A DNA stretch of 59,155 bases from Bacteroidota bacterium (GTDB lineage Bacteria > Bacteroidota > Bacteroidia > JABEUT01). Positions 19,225-26,833 of this stretch are shown here, one piece after another (the stretch's first letter is position 1; each line of letters begins with the position of its first letter). Made by a program: the position numbers and the translations under genes. The notes below the pieces were generated by a model. The model ran no database searches. It had not been told where the DNA came from and worked only from the letters and a program-made list of their open reading frames with translations. The stretch lies in NCBI GenBank assembly GCA_013285805.1, contig JABDGY010000004.1, positions 1 to 59,155 of the forward strand, read 5' to 3'.

Positions 19225-20994
19225 ATGGAAAAAACATATTACCTGGGCCTTTCAATGGCCGGAACTGTTTCGGCAGGAACATACACTGCCGGTTGCCTTA
19301 TTGAACTCGACAACTGGCTTAAAGCATGGCGAAATGCCGCGAACGCTAACCAACCTGTAAAGCTTATTGCACAAGTTGATCATGGCCCTTACAAGAAGCA
19401 TGACATAATAACGCTTGACGCGGCAGAAATTCCTAAGCATGAAGTGAAAATTACTACCATGACGGGCTCATCAGGTGGGGGAGTATCGGCAACGCTGTAT
19501 GCTATTGGGTTAGCCACTGACCAGGTGGAACATTTTTTAAGAGATACGTGGATGGGCTTTGATATTGATGATATGCTGAATACCGGCGATATACAAGGTA
19601 ATGCCCCAAAGGCAGCATCGATACTAAATGTGCTGCCAATAGAGAAAGTGATAAACCAATTGAAGGCGTTGACATGGGGAGCCAATAACCTGCTGAATGT
19701 AGATTATATGACCGACCATATTGAGCTATATCAAACACTGAGCAACTACGAGGCCATACCCTATAACCTGGTATATTATCAAAACCAGAAACATATGCCC
19801 GGCACATTTCACAATCATTTCGACTATGTGCGCTATAGCCTTGCAAAAACTTCGGGGCCATTACCTGATTCCGGAACGCCATACCGTTACGACCTTGAAA
19901 TAAATCCCGGAACAAAACTGGCCAATGATTTAAAATGGCAGGTTATGTTGCAGTCGACTCCTGCAACAGGTGCTTTCCCTATAGGGTTTCGTCCGCGTGA
20001 AGTTGACAGACTCAGGGCCGAATACGATGGCAAAATGTTTTACCTGAAGTATTCCATACCGGGTTCGGAAGTTGACTACGATAAGGTTAACCCGAACTGG
20101 ATTAAGGGCCCGAATACAAGCCTTAAAATGAAATATTTCGATGGTGGCACTTTCGACGATGAACCGCATGATTTGGCAAGGGCATCTATACTCCGCTATT
20201 TGAATAATGTATGCGGTATGAACCTTACACAGTTGCCCAATAAAGGCAACGACACCTTTGCATCTGTTATACTTATTAACCCGTTCCCTACCCACAGAGA
20301 CGCAACAGAGCCGGGTACCGCAGTTCCTGAAATACCCAATTTATTTCAGCAGCCACCGTTGCTTATTGGTGCGCTTATGGATCAGGGCAGGTTTCACCCT
20401 GAGTGGATAGAAAAACTTACCAATGAGCAATATTATTCGCGGTTTCTTATTTCGCCCAGCAGGCCCAATGCCAGCGGCGACAGCAATTATATGCTTGCCG
20501 GTGCCACATTCGGCGCCTTTGGCGGCTTTCTTGACCAGAAATATCGTGAGCACGATTATGAACTGGGGCACTACAATACATACAAGTTCCTTTTCGAAAA
20601 CTTTGCCGTTCCTGAAAATAATGTGGTAGTAGATTATTACCATAATGCCGACCAGCCAACAAAAGATAAATACAGGGCACTGGGGTGGGTTACCGATGAC
20701 ATAATGAAAGATAAGAACGGGAAAGACGAAACAGTAACACATGTGCAGATAATACCCTGTTTTGTGAAGCATGAAGGTATTAACTATAAAGTACCCGATT
20801 GGCCCGTTATGGGTAATACACGTTGGCAATCTATACGGCAGGGTGTACTTACAAGGTCGAAGATGATGATTAAGAACCTGACGGGTATCGGTTCATTGCT
20901 GGAAGATTTGGGTTGGCTGATAATAGGCAAGGAAAAAGTAAATGAAATGCTTGATGCTATGGAAAAAGTTTTGAAAGAAGCAAACCTGTTGTAG
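19225..20994 (+). CDS. Patatin-like phospholipase with a long C-terminal extension
   Basis: Three patatin-type elements are present: a glycine-rich oxyanion region (LGLSMAGTVSAGTYTAG), a nucleophile elbow G-x-S-x-G (MTGSSGGGVSA) and a catalytic Asp motif (YFDGGTFDDEP). I prefer the ATG at 19225 over the TTG at 19186 given by the ORF track. Confidence 0.8.
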   Translation: MEKTYYLGLSMAGTVSAGTYTAGCLIELDNWLKAWRNAANANQPVKLIAQVDHGPYKKHDIITLDAAEIPKHEVKITTMTGSSGGGVSATLYAIGLATDQVEHFLRDTWMGFDIDDMLNTGDIQGNAPKAASILNVLPIEKVINQLKALTWGANNLLNVDYMTDHIELYQTLSNYEAIPYNLVYYQNQKHMPGTFHNHFDYVRYSLAKTSGPLPDSGTPYRYDLEINPGTKLANDLKWQVMLQSTPATGAFPIGFRPREVDRLRAEYDGKMFYLKYSIPGSEVDYDKVNPNWIKGPNTSLKMKYFDGGTFDDEPHDLARASILRYLNNVCGMNLTQLPNKGNDTFASVILINPFPTHRDATEPGTAVPEIPNLFQQPPLLIGALMDQGRFHPEWIEKLTNEQYYSRFLISPSRPNASGDSNYMLAGATFGAFGGFLDQKYREHDYELGHYNTYKFLFENFAVPENNVVVDYYHNADQPTKDKYRALGWVTDDIMKDKNGKDETVTHVQIIPCFVKHEGINYKVPDWPVMGNTRWQSIRQGVLTRSKMMIKNLTGIGSLLEDLGWLIIGKEKVNEMLDAMEKVLKEANLL

Positions 20995-21006
20995 CGTTTC
21001 TAAGGG

Positions 21007-21534
21007 TTACTCAAACCTTCCGGTGCGGTCGTATATCTGTTGGCGCAATTCTGTAGCAGGAAAATCTTCACAATAGTTTCCCAGTTTCTTTGTACTTCCG
21101 TTATATTGAAATGTAAAGCGGACGGGGTTTTTGTAGGTTATACCCAGCAGCCTGCCGCGCCCGAGACTAAAAAAAGTACTTGTTGTTTCGTTTACTGTAA
21201 CAGTCAGGTCCCTCATCTCCGCTAGTTGGTAAACCGTTTTAGTAGGCACACCCATAAAATACCTTACAACGGTCATTGTTTCTTCATCAAGGGTTAAAAC
21301 AACTTTGCCTGTAAGCAGCCACAAAGTTTCAATAAGGGGCTGTACATAAATAAGGGGTATTAATACCAGGAATGGTACGAGCCTCGGGTTCGATTTAATG
21401 GTGTAACTAAGGCTGTTCTCGGTAAAAACAAGAATGATAAGGGCAGTACCCAGCAAAAGCGATGGCAAAGCAAACCACCATAATTTTTTGGCAGGCTTTA
21501 GTGTAATAGAATACGTAGTAATTATTTCATTCAT
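21007..21534 (-). CDS. Membrane protein (2 TM plus a small soluble domain), unknown function
   Basis: It has two hydrophobic helices (WWFALPSLLLGTALIILVF, LVPFLVLIPLIYVQPLI) followed by a ~100-aa beta-rich domain. The start is taken at the internal ATG (MNEII..); the ORF track extends to 21576. Confidence 0.5.
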   Translation of the reverse strand: MNEIITTYSITLKPAKKLWWFALPSLLLGTALIILVFTENSLSYTIKSNPRLVPFLVLIPLIYVQPLIETLWLLTGKVVLTLDEETMTVVRYFMGVPTKTVYQLAEMRDLTVTVNETTSTFFSLGRGRLLGITYKNPVRFTFQYNGSTKKLGNYCEDFPATELRQQIYDRTGRFE

Positions 21535-21592
21535 TAGAGTGGAATTTGGTAAGATAAAGGTAACCAATAATTGCAATTATGCAAACTAAAAA

Positions 21593-22963
21593 TTAACTGC
21601 TTTTATTTTCTTCCGGAGAGCCAATTTTAATGGGCTTTATGTACACCCATTCAATGAATTTAAAATCTTTAACGCTAAGGCTTTCAGCATCAATTCTGGC
21701 AGAGTCTTTGAATTTAAAAAGGGCCACAATCCGGTATTTGTCGTTAAAACGGGTTTTGCCCTTTAGTTTTGTGCTCAGTGCGTACCACTCAAAATGCTGA
21801 TGTTCTTTATCGGTAAATAGCTTTATTATATGAAAAGCTTTATCATTTTCCAGAAAGTATTTTTTCTCAATGAACACCTCTCTGCTTTTTTCAATAAACG
21901 AGTTTTTTGATACCGGGTTTATGGTAAAATATTCCTGGTACAATTTATTCAGGCTGGTTTCGGCAAAAGGCTCGCCTTTCACTATAAAGCCCGACCTGAA
22001 ATATTCGCCGGTGGGGCTGTAGGTATATGAAAACGGAAGTTCAAGCTTCAGTTTTTCCCAGCGACCTTGTATAAGTTTAAAACGGCTTAACCGGGTTATA
22101 ACAATTATTAATATGGGGGCAGTTACAAACACTGTGCCTTCCAGCGATAAAATCGCGCGTTCAGGGCCTTTTTCAGCCGTATTTATGCAATACTGAATAA
22201 AGTATACAATAGCATAATAAATAAGCAAGCGTGTTAACACTTTATCAGAATCAATGTATTTCCTGTATGTAAATTCACTGTCGTTATTTAAACAGTTATT
22301 TAGGATAACGGCAAATAATGAAACAGTGAGCATAAAGAAAAGCACACTCGCAAGGAAACCAAGAAGCGGCCCTCCGTCGAAAACCAGGCAGTCGTATGTG
22401 GCATGGCAAAAAACAGCGAGTGAGAAAAATGCGGGAAGAAGAAGCAATCCGCCTTTTTGCTTTTTGAATTTTATAAGCACAATGGAGTAGGCTATCAGCG
22501 CCGTATAAAACATATGTCCTACGCTGGTTAGCAAGGCCCTTCCTACAATTATGGCTGCATTTTTATCACCAATGAAATAATCTACATCTTCAGCCGCTGC
22601 AAAACCCAGGGCGGAAAAGGAAGCAAAAGCAATATAATCAATAGGCTGCTTGAAATGCTTACGAAACAACAGAAATACTATGGTGAACGGAAGTATTTTA
22701 ACGAACTCTTCGGGTACGGCGACTTTTATAACACAGTATACTAAATCGTTTGCCGCGGTGCCATTTAACGAAATTGGTATATAATGTAACAGGTATTCGT
22801 GGAGAGGCGTAATAAGGAACCCTGATGCAGCACCAAGCAAAAAGGTGGTAATTATTAATGCCGAATTTTTTCTGTCATAAACTTTTATCAGGCGATAATA
22901 ATCTATCCATATCCAGCCTATAAAGCAGGATGTAATAATGACTATTACAAGGTAAAGGCTCAT
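21593..22963 (-). CDS. PrsW-family intramembrane protease-like protein with a C-terminal soluble domain
   Basis: It is a polytopic membrane protein with PrsW-type motifs: E-E-x-x-K (VPEEFVKILP), AAAEDVDYF, and His motifs (VGHMFYTAL, CHATYDCL). About 170 non-membrane residues follow. Confidence 0.65.
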   Translation of the reverse strand: MSLYLVIVIITSCFIGWIWIDYYRLIKVYDRKNSALIITTFLLGAASGFLITPLHEYLLHYIPISLNGTAANDLVYCVIKVAVPEEFVKILPFTIVFLLFRKHFKQPIDYIAFASFSALGFAAAEDVDYFIGDKNAAIIVGRALLTSVGHMFYTALIAYSIVLIKFKKQKGGLLLLPAFFSLAVFCHATYDCLVFDGGPLLGFLASVLFFMLTVSLFAVILNNCLNNDSEFTYRKYIDSDKVLTRLLIYYAIVYFIQYCINTAEKGPERAILSLEGTVFVTAPILIIVITRLSRFKLIQGRWEKLKLELPFSYTYSPTGEYFRSGFIVKGEPFAETSLNKLYQEYFTINPVSKNSFIEKSREVFIEKKYFLENDKAFHIIKLFTDKEHQHFEWYALSTKLKGKTRFNDKYRIVALFKFKDSARIDAESLSVKDFKFIEWVYIKPIKIGSPEENKSS

Positions 22964-22984
22964 AGCGGTGATCCGATTAAAAAG

Positions 22985-23458
22985 TTATGCCTTCTTCTTT
23001 GCTTTTTTCTCGGGCTTTATTTTCTTTAGTGACATCTTCTTTAAATTTATTTCAATAAACTCGTTGGAGTTGATTGTGGTATAAATAAGTGCTGCCATTA
23101 TTAAAAGCACAGGTACATAATAAAACCAGTGCCTAAGCCAGAAACCCATTAATGTGTAAATGCAGGCGCTATCAGGGTCCGATACTTCATAAATTACAGG
23201 TACCTGGGCACGTATAACGTAATAATATTCATCATCGGCCCTGAAGAAGGTGGTGTCGTTTCCGCGGGTGAAAATAATTACAGGTTCATTTGTCTTGTCT
23301 TCATCAGGGTGCCTTTGGTGGTATTCATTAAACAGGTGGGTAACCGTGCCTGTTGCGTAGGCGCTTTTTGATTGATAGATTAATTTGCCGCCGAAATAAT
23401 AGGCGACAAGAAGGAAAAAGAAAATGAAAAATACTTTGTGGTTGGTTAATCGTAACAT
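22985..23458 (-). CDS. Membrane protein, DUF3592-like topology
   Basis: It has an N-terminal TM helix, a ~90-aa beta-rich middle region (ATGTVTHLFNEYH..VIYEVSDP), a C-terminal TM helix and a basic tail. Confidence 0.5.
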   Translation of the reverse strand: MLRLTNHKVFFIFFFLLVAYYFGGKLIYQSKSAYATGTVTHLFNEYHQRHPDEDKTNEPVIIFTRGNDTTFFRADDEYYYVIRAQVPVIYEVSDPDSACIYTLMGFWLRHWFYYVPVLLIMAALIYTTINSNEFIEINLKKMSLKKIKPEKKAKKKA

Positions 23459-23550
23459 AAGTGGGTAATTGAATTATGTGTTGAAAATAAGTGAACGTTT
23501 CCAAAAATAATAAAAAAGACCGAAAAGAGGATTATAACTACTCGTTTTGA

Positions 23551-23615
23551 GGGGGTGTTGAAAACTATATCACATTTATGTTTATTAGTAGTAAACATTG
23601 TGTTTATATTTGCAG
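23551..23615 (+). promoter_or_regulatory. Conserved 65-bp promoter-like motif, copy 1 (upstream of protease-capsid block)
   Basis: The sequence is gggggtgttgaaaactatatcacatttatgtttattagtagtaaacattgtgtttatatttgcag. It matches copy 2 (39599..39663) at 57/65 positions without gaps. It ends with TATATTTG (23605-23612), which fits the Bacteroidetes -7 consensus TAnnTTTG. A TTTA -33-like element lies 20 nt upstream of that box. Confidence 0.6.
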
Positions 23616-23623
23616 AAACAAAT

Positions 23624-23705
23624 AGTATTAAGTACAGGGTATTAAGAATTAAGATAAAAACAACAATTCCCGCTACTTAATACTCACTACTTAATACTTG
23701 ATACT
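23624..23705. repeat. Word-hairpin in the 5' leader of the protease gene (AGTATTAAG family)
   Basis: The left arm is agtattaagtacagggtattaagaattaagat. The right arm is ctacttaatactcactacttaatacttgatact, an imperfect reverse complement. The right arm ends at the ATG of 23706. Confidence 0.6.
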
Positions 23706-24770
23706 ATGACTGCAATACCATTCAAACATTACCCGCTCGACGCTCCCGATGAGCAGTGGGATGCCAATGCCGAAGTGGCAAAGGCCAGTACCGACGATCT
23801 GCGCATTATGTGCACCTGGGACGACCCGACCAAGCCTGAACAGAAGAACAGTTACAAGCTGCCGCACCACAAAGCCGACACCTACCACACCAACCTGAAA
23901 GGTGTTATGGCGGCAGGCAATGCTATTATGGGTGCAAGGGGTGGGGTGGAGATACCTAAATACGACCTGGATGCAGTAAAGGCGCACCTACAAAAACATT
24001 ACCACGAATTTGGCCGAACGGCCCCATGGGAAAGCAAAGCGGAATGGCGGTGGTACCAAACTAAGAACACAGGCGGCAAACTGAAGGATGTTGATACTAC
24101 CGGACGTACTGTATGCGGTTACTTTGCCTCATTCAATACTAAGGACAGCGATGGAGATATGTTTGCGCCCGGCTGCTTTGCCAAAAGTATTGCCGAAAAT
24201 AAAGACCGCATTATGCACCTGTTGCAGCACAATACATTGCAACCTATTGGCAGGCCAACGGTACTGAAAGAAGATGCACAGGGATTATATTTTGAAACTC
24301 CCATAGCCAACACCCAACTGGGCGATGATGTGCTGCAACTTTACCGCGATGGTGTGTACAAAGAACACTCCGTAGGTTTTGAAATGATCAATAGTCATCC
24401 TGAGCCTGCCAGCCCCGAATCCTCGGCGGTCGAAGCCTATGTGAATGTGATTAAAGAAGCTAAGCTATGGGAAGGCTCGACGGTAACATGGGGAGCGAAT
24501 AGCAATACACCCTTTATTGGTGTAAAGACGCGAGGCATCGCGTCTCAACAAACAGCGGCAAATATCCTGGATGAGGCCCTGGAGCGCAGTACACTTATTT
24601 ATAAGCAACTGCACCGCGGCAATTTACATGATGATACTTATACACTTCTCGAAATAGAACTTAAGCAACTGCAGGCGCTTCTGGCAGCAAGGCCGTGCGA
24701 TAACACCTTGCCCGCAACTGATGATGCCGGCTTGTCGGTGCTTAGGTCAATTAATAATTTATTCAAATAA
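23706..24770 (+). CDS. HK97-family prohead (capsid maturation) protease with N- and C-terminal extensions
   Basis: The core reads GYFASFNTKDSDGDMFAPGCFAKSI..RIMHLLQHN..PIG..GLYFE..LGDDVLQLYRDGVYKEHSVGF, which matches the S78 prohead protease pattern. It lies immediately upstream of the major capsid gene. Confidence 0.85.
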   Translation: MTAIPFKHYPLDAPDEQWDANAEVAKASTDDLRIMCTWDDPTKPEQKNSYKLPHHKADTYHTNLKGVMAAGNAIMGARGGVEIPKYDLDAVKAHLQKHYHEFGRTAPWESKAEWRWYQTKNTGGKLKDVDTTGRTVCGYFASFNTKDSDGDMFAPGCFAKSIAENKDRIMHLLQHNTLQPIGRPTVLKEDAQGLYFETPIANTQLGDDVLQLYRDGVYKEHSVGFEMINSHPEPASPESSAVEAYVNVIKEAKLWEGSTVTWGANSNTPFIGVKTRGIASQQTAANILDEALERSTLIYKQLHRGNLHDDTYTLLEIELKQLQALLAARPCDNTLPATDDAGLSVLRSINNLFK

Positions 24771-24776
24771 TAGTCG

Positions 24777-24850
24777 AAAGTTCATAAAGTTATAAAGTTC
24801 ATAAAGTAAAACGGACTTTATAAACTTTACAAACTTTCAGACTTTAAAAA
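24777..24850. repeat. Word-hairpin between protease and capsid genes (AAGTTCATAAAGT family)
   Basis: The sequence aaagttcataaagttataaagttcataaagt / aaaacgg / actttataaactttacaaactttcagactt has both arms built of tandem ~10-nt words. Confidence 0.7.
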
Positions 24851-24860
24851 CTAAAGAAAC

Positions 24861-26087
24861 ATGGAAAACAAACAGGTGGATGCTATCGTAAAAGAAATAA
24901 GCGATAACATAAACACCATAAAAACAAAGGGCGAAGCGCAAGATGCGCAACTGAAAGCCCTCGACGCCAAAATAGCGGCCAACCAATGGCAGCTGGGCGA
25001 CAAATATGAAGCTCTGCGTAAGGACTTCGACCAGATGACAGCCATGCTGAAAAAAGGCAGGCTGTTTGGTACAGCCGACCGTGGCATGACCGTAAAGGAT
25101 ATGCTGATAGCGCAAAGAGAAGGGCTGGCAAGCCTTAAAAACAAAGCCGGTATACCGGTGAGCCTCTCGCTGAAAGCCTACCAGCTATTTACCAAATCGG
25201 CAGGTAATATAACAGAAGGTGGCAACTTATTAGGCACCGACCCTATTCCGCCTACAAGGCTGGCAGGCATTTATGCTGACCCCTTAAGGCCTGTGCACCT
25301 GCGCCAGTTTATGAACAGCACCGCTACCGACAGTAACCAGATTCTGTTTAACAAGCTTACCGGTGAAAACGATGGCAGCAGCACAACGGCTGAAGGAACC
25401 AGTGCTACACAAAGCGATTTTACCATTACCGCCGAAGAAGTAATTGTGCGCAAGCTCAATACCTACCTCACCATTTCAAAAGAAATGATGGAAGATGCCG
25501 ATTTTGTAGACAACTACATTAATACGCACGTGGCAGGCAGGTTGCTTATGCAGGAGGATACACAAATACTGAACGGTAACAACACCGCGCCAAACCTGCA
25601 GGGTATTAACCCCATTGCGGCAGCGTATCTTAATCCGGTTATACCCGGAGCCTCATCGAGCAGTATAAACTACTACGATGTGTTGCACCAGGCAGTAACA
25701 CAGGCACGTGTGTCTTACTACCAGCCCAATTACATAATTATTAACCCGAACGATTACAACGCGTTGGTGTTAAGTCGCGACAGCTACGGACGTTACCAGT
25801 TCCCGCAAATGATTAGCGGAGCACCGGGTACATTCTTCATCAATGGCGCGCAGGTAATTTCAAACACCACCCAGGCACAGGGCTACTTTACCGTAGGCGA
25901 TTTCCAACTGGGCGCAACCCTTGCGTATCGCGACGAAATTAACGTTACCTTCAGTAACCAGCACGTAGACAACTTTGTGAAAGGTTTCATTACCGTGCTT
26001 GTTGAAGAGCGTATAGCGAATGTTGTATACAGGCCCAATGCATTTGTATATGGCAACTTTGCACAAGCAGAAGCGAGCGGTTCATAG
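24861..26087 (+). CDS. HK97-fold major capsid protein with an N-terminal coiled-coil (delta/scaffold-like) region
   Basis: An N-terminal coiled coil of ~100 aa is followed by a typical Phage_capsid pattern (FTITAEEVIVRKLNTYLTISKEMMEDADFVDNYINTHVAGRLLMQEDTQILNG..APNLQGI..). It sits downstream of the prohead protease. Confidence 0.9.
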   Translation: MENKQVDAIVKEISDNINTIKTKGEAQDAQLKALDAKIAANQWQLGDKYEALRKDFDQMTAMLKKGRLFGTADRGMTVKDMLIAQREGLASLKNKAGIPVSLSLKAYQLFTKSAGNITEGGNLLGTDPIPPTRLAGIYADPLRPVHLRQFMNSTATDSNQILFNKLTGENDGSSTTAEGTSATQSDFTITAEEVIVRKLNTYLTISKEMMEDADFVDNYINTHVAGRLLMQEDTQILNGNNTAPNLQGINPIAAAYLNPVIPGASSSSINYYDVLHQAVTQARVSYYQPNYIIINPNDYNALVLSRDSYGRYQFPQMISGAPGTFFINGAQVISNTTQAQGYFTVGDFQLGATLAYRDEINVTFSNQHVDNFVKGFITVLVEERIANVVYRPNAFVYGNFAQAEASGS

Positions 26088-26093
26088 AACCGC

Positions 26094-26187
26094 AATTAAA
26101 AATTAAAGATTAAAAATGAAAGGTTTACGTTGTTTATAAAAATGGGGTTCTTGAATCTTTAATCCGTAATTTGTAATCTTTAATTAG
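26094..26187. repeat. Word-hairpin downstream of the capsid gene (ATTAAAGATTAAAAAT family)
   Basis: The left arm is aattaaaaattaaagattaaaaatg. The right arm, atctttaatccgtaatttgtaatctttaatt, is its imperfect reverse complement. Confidence 0.65.
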
Positions 26188-26193
26188 AAAGAC

Positions 26194-26230
26194 CCGGAGC
26201 GTAGTGTAAAAGCTGCCTCCGGTTTATTTT
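26194..26230 (+). terminator. Rho-independent terminator after the capsid gene
   Basis: The stem is ccggag (26194-26199) paired with ctccgg (26217-26222), followed by tttatttt. Confidence 0.6.
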
Positions 26231-26237
26231 ACTTGTG

Positions 26238-26285
26238 CCTGTTGAAAACTCATCTGAAATGGTAACATTCATTCTTTGTTTTTGC
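26238..26285 (+). promoter_or_regulatory. TGTTGAAAAC box plus TTTG-containing promoter-like region upstream of 26314
   Basis: The sequence gcctgttgaaaactcatctgaaatggtaacattcattctttgtttttgcc contains the exact decamer TGTTGAAAAC at 26240-26249. The same decamer occurs in the 65-bp motif copies, but the spacing to the TTTGC element here is about 12 nt shorter. Confidence 0.35.
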
Positions 26286-26313
26286 CCTATTTTTATGTTT
26301 CAAAACCCCGGTT

Positions 26314-26736
26314 ATGCGCACATATAGAATAATAATACTCTTAATCTTAATAGGGTTTGTTCATAGTGGCTTTTCACAAACTGATATTCAGAAGGACACT
26401 TTAATAGAGTTGTTTACCTATAAGGGAATACCCTTGCAGAACTTTTACGGTAAAAAGGTAAAGGAGTTTATTGCAGAAGTAAAAAAAGGAAAAGATTCTA
26501 TTTCAAAATCTATAGGTTGGTATGAACCGCGTGGAAATATTATCGGGCTCAGGATTATAATAAGCGATTCGACCAGTTCATTAATGATTTATTTTAAAGA
26601 TACATTTATGTACAGGGTTCCGAAAGATATGCCCGCCTGCGATGATAAAAAAGTGGGCAATGCTGTGATAAGCAGGTTTGCCGTACGCTATAGAAAAGGA
26701 TATGTGATTGACGTCGCTCCTAAAAGCGCATGGTGA
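26314..26736 (+). CDS. Small secreted protein, unknown family (paralogue A)
   Basis: It has a signal peptide (IILLILIGFVHSGFSQ). It shares the motif FTY(K/H)G(I/V)PLQ(N/Q)FYGK with 26834..27274. Confidence 0.6.
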   Translation: MRTYRIIILLILIGFVHSGFSQTDIQKDTLIELFTYKGIPLQNFYGKKVKEFIAEVKKGKDSISKSIGWYEPRGNIIGLRIIISDSTSSLMIYFKDTFMYRVPKDMPACDDKKVGNAVISRFAVRYRKGYVIDVAPKSAW

Positions 26737-26740
26737 AACC

Positions 26741-26774
26741 ATTTAAGAATTCAGATTTAAGAATTAAGATTTAG
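26741..26774. repeat. Single word arm (TTAAGAATT/AGATTTAAG words)
   Basis: The sequence is atttaagaattcagatttaagaattaagatttag. It is a run of tandem degenerate words with no obvious partner arm. Confidence 0.45.
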
Positions 26775-26833
26775 CAAAAGCGCTTCATATTTCCCGATTT
26801 ATATCGTATATTTAGTAATTCAAATTACCCTCA

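Noticed and set aside
24861-26087. HK97-fold protein as an encapsulin shell rather than a phage capsid.
   Set aside because: It has an N-terminal coiled-coil delta-like region. An S78 prohead protease precedes it, and connector, tail and lysis genes accompany it. No cargo-type gene with a targeting peptide lies next to it.
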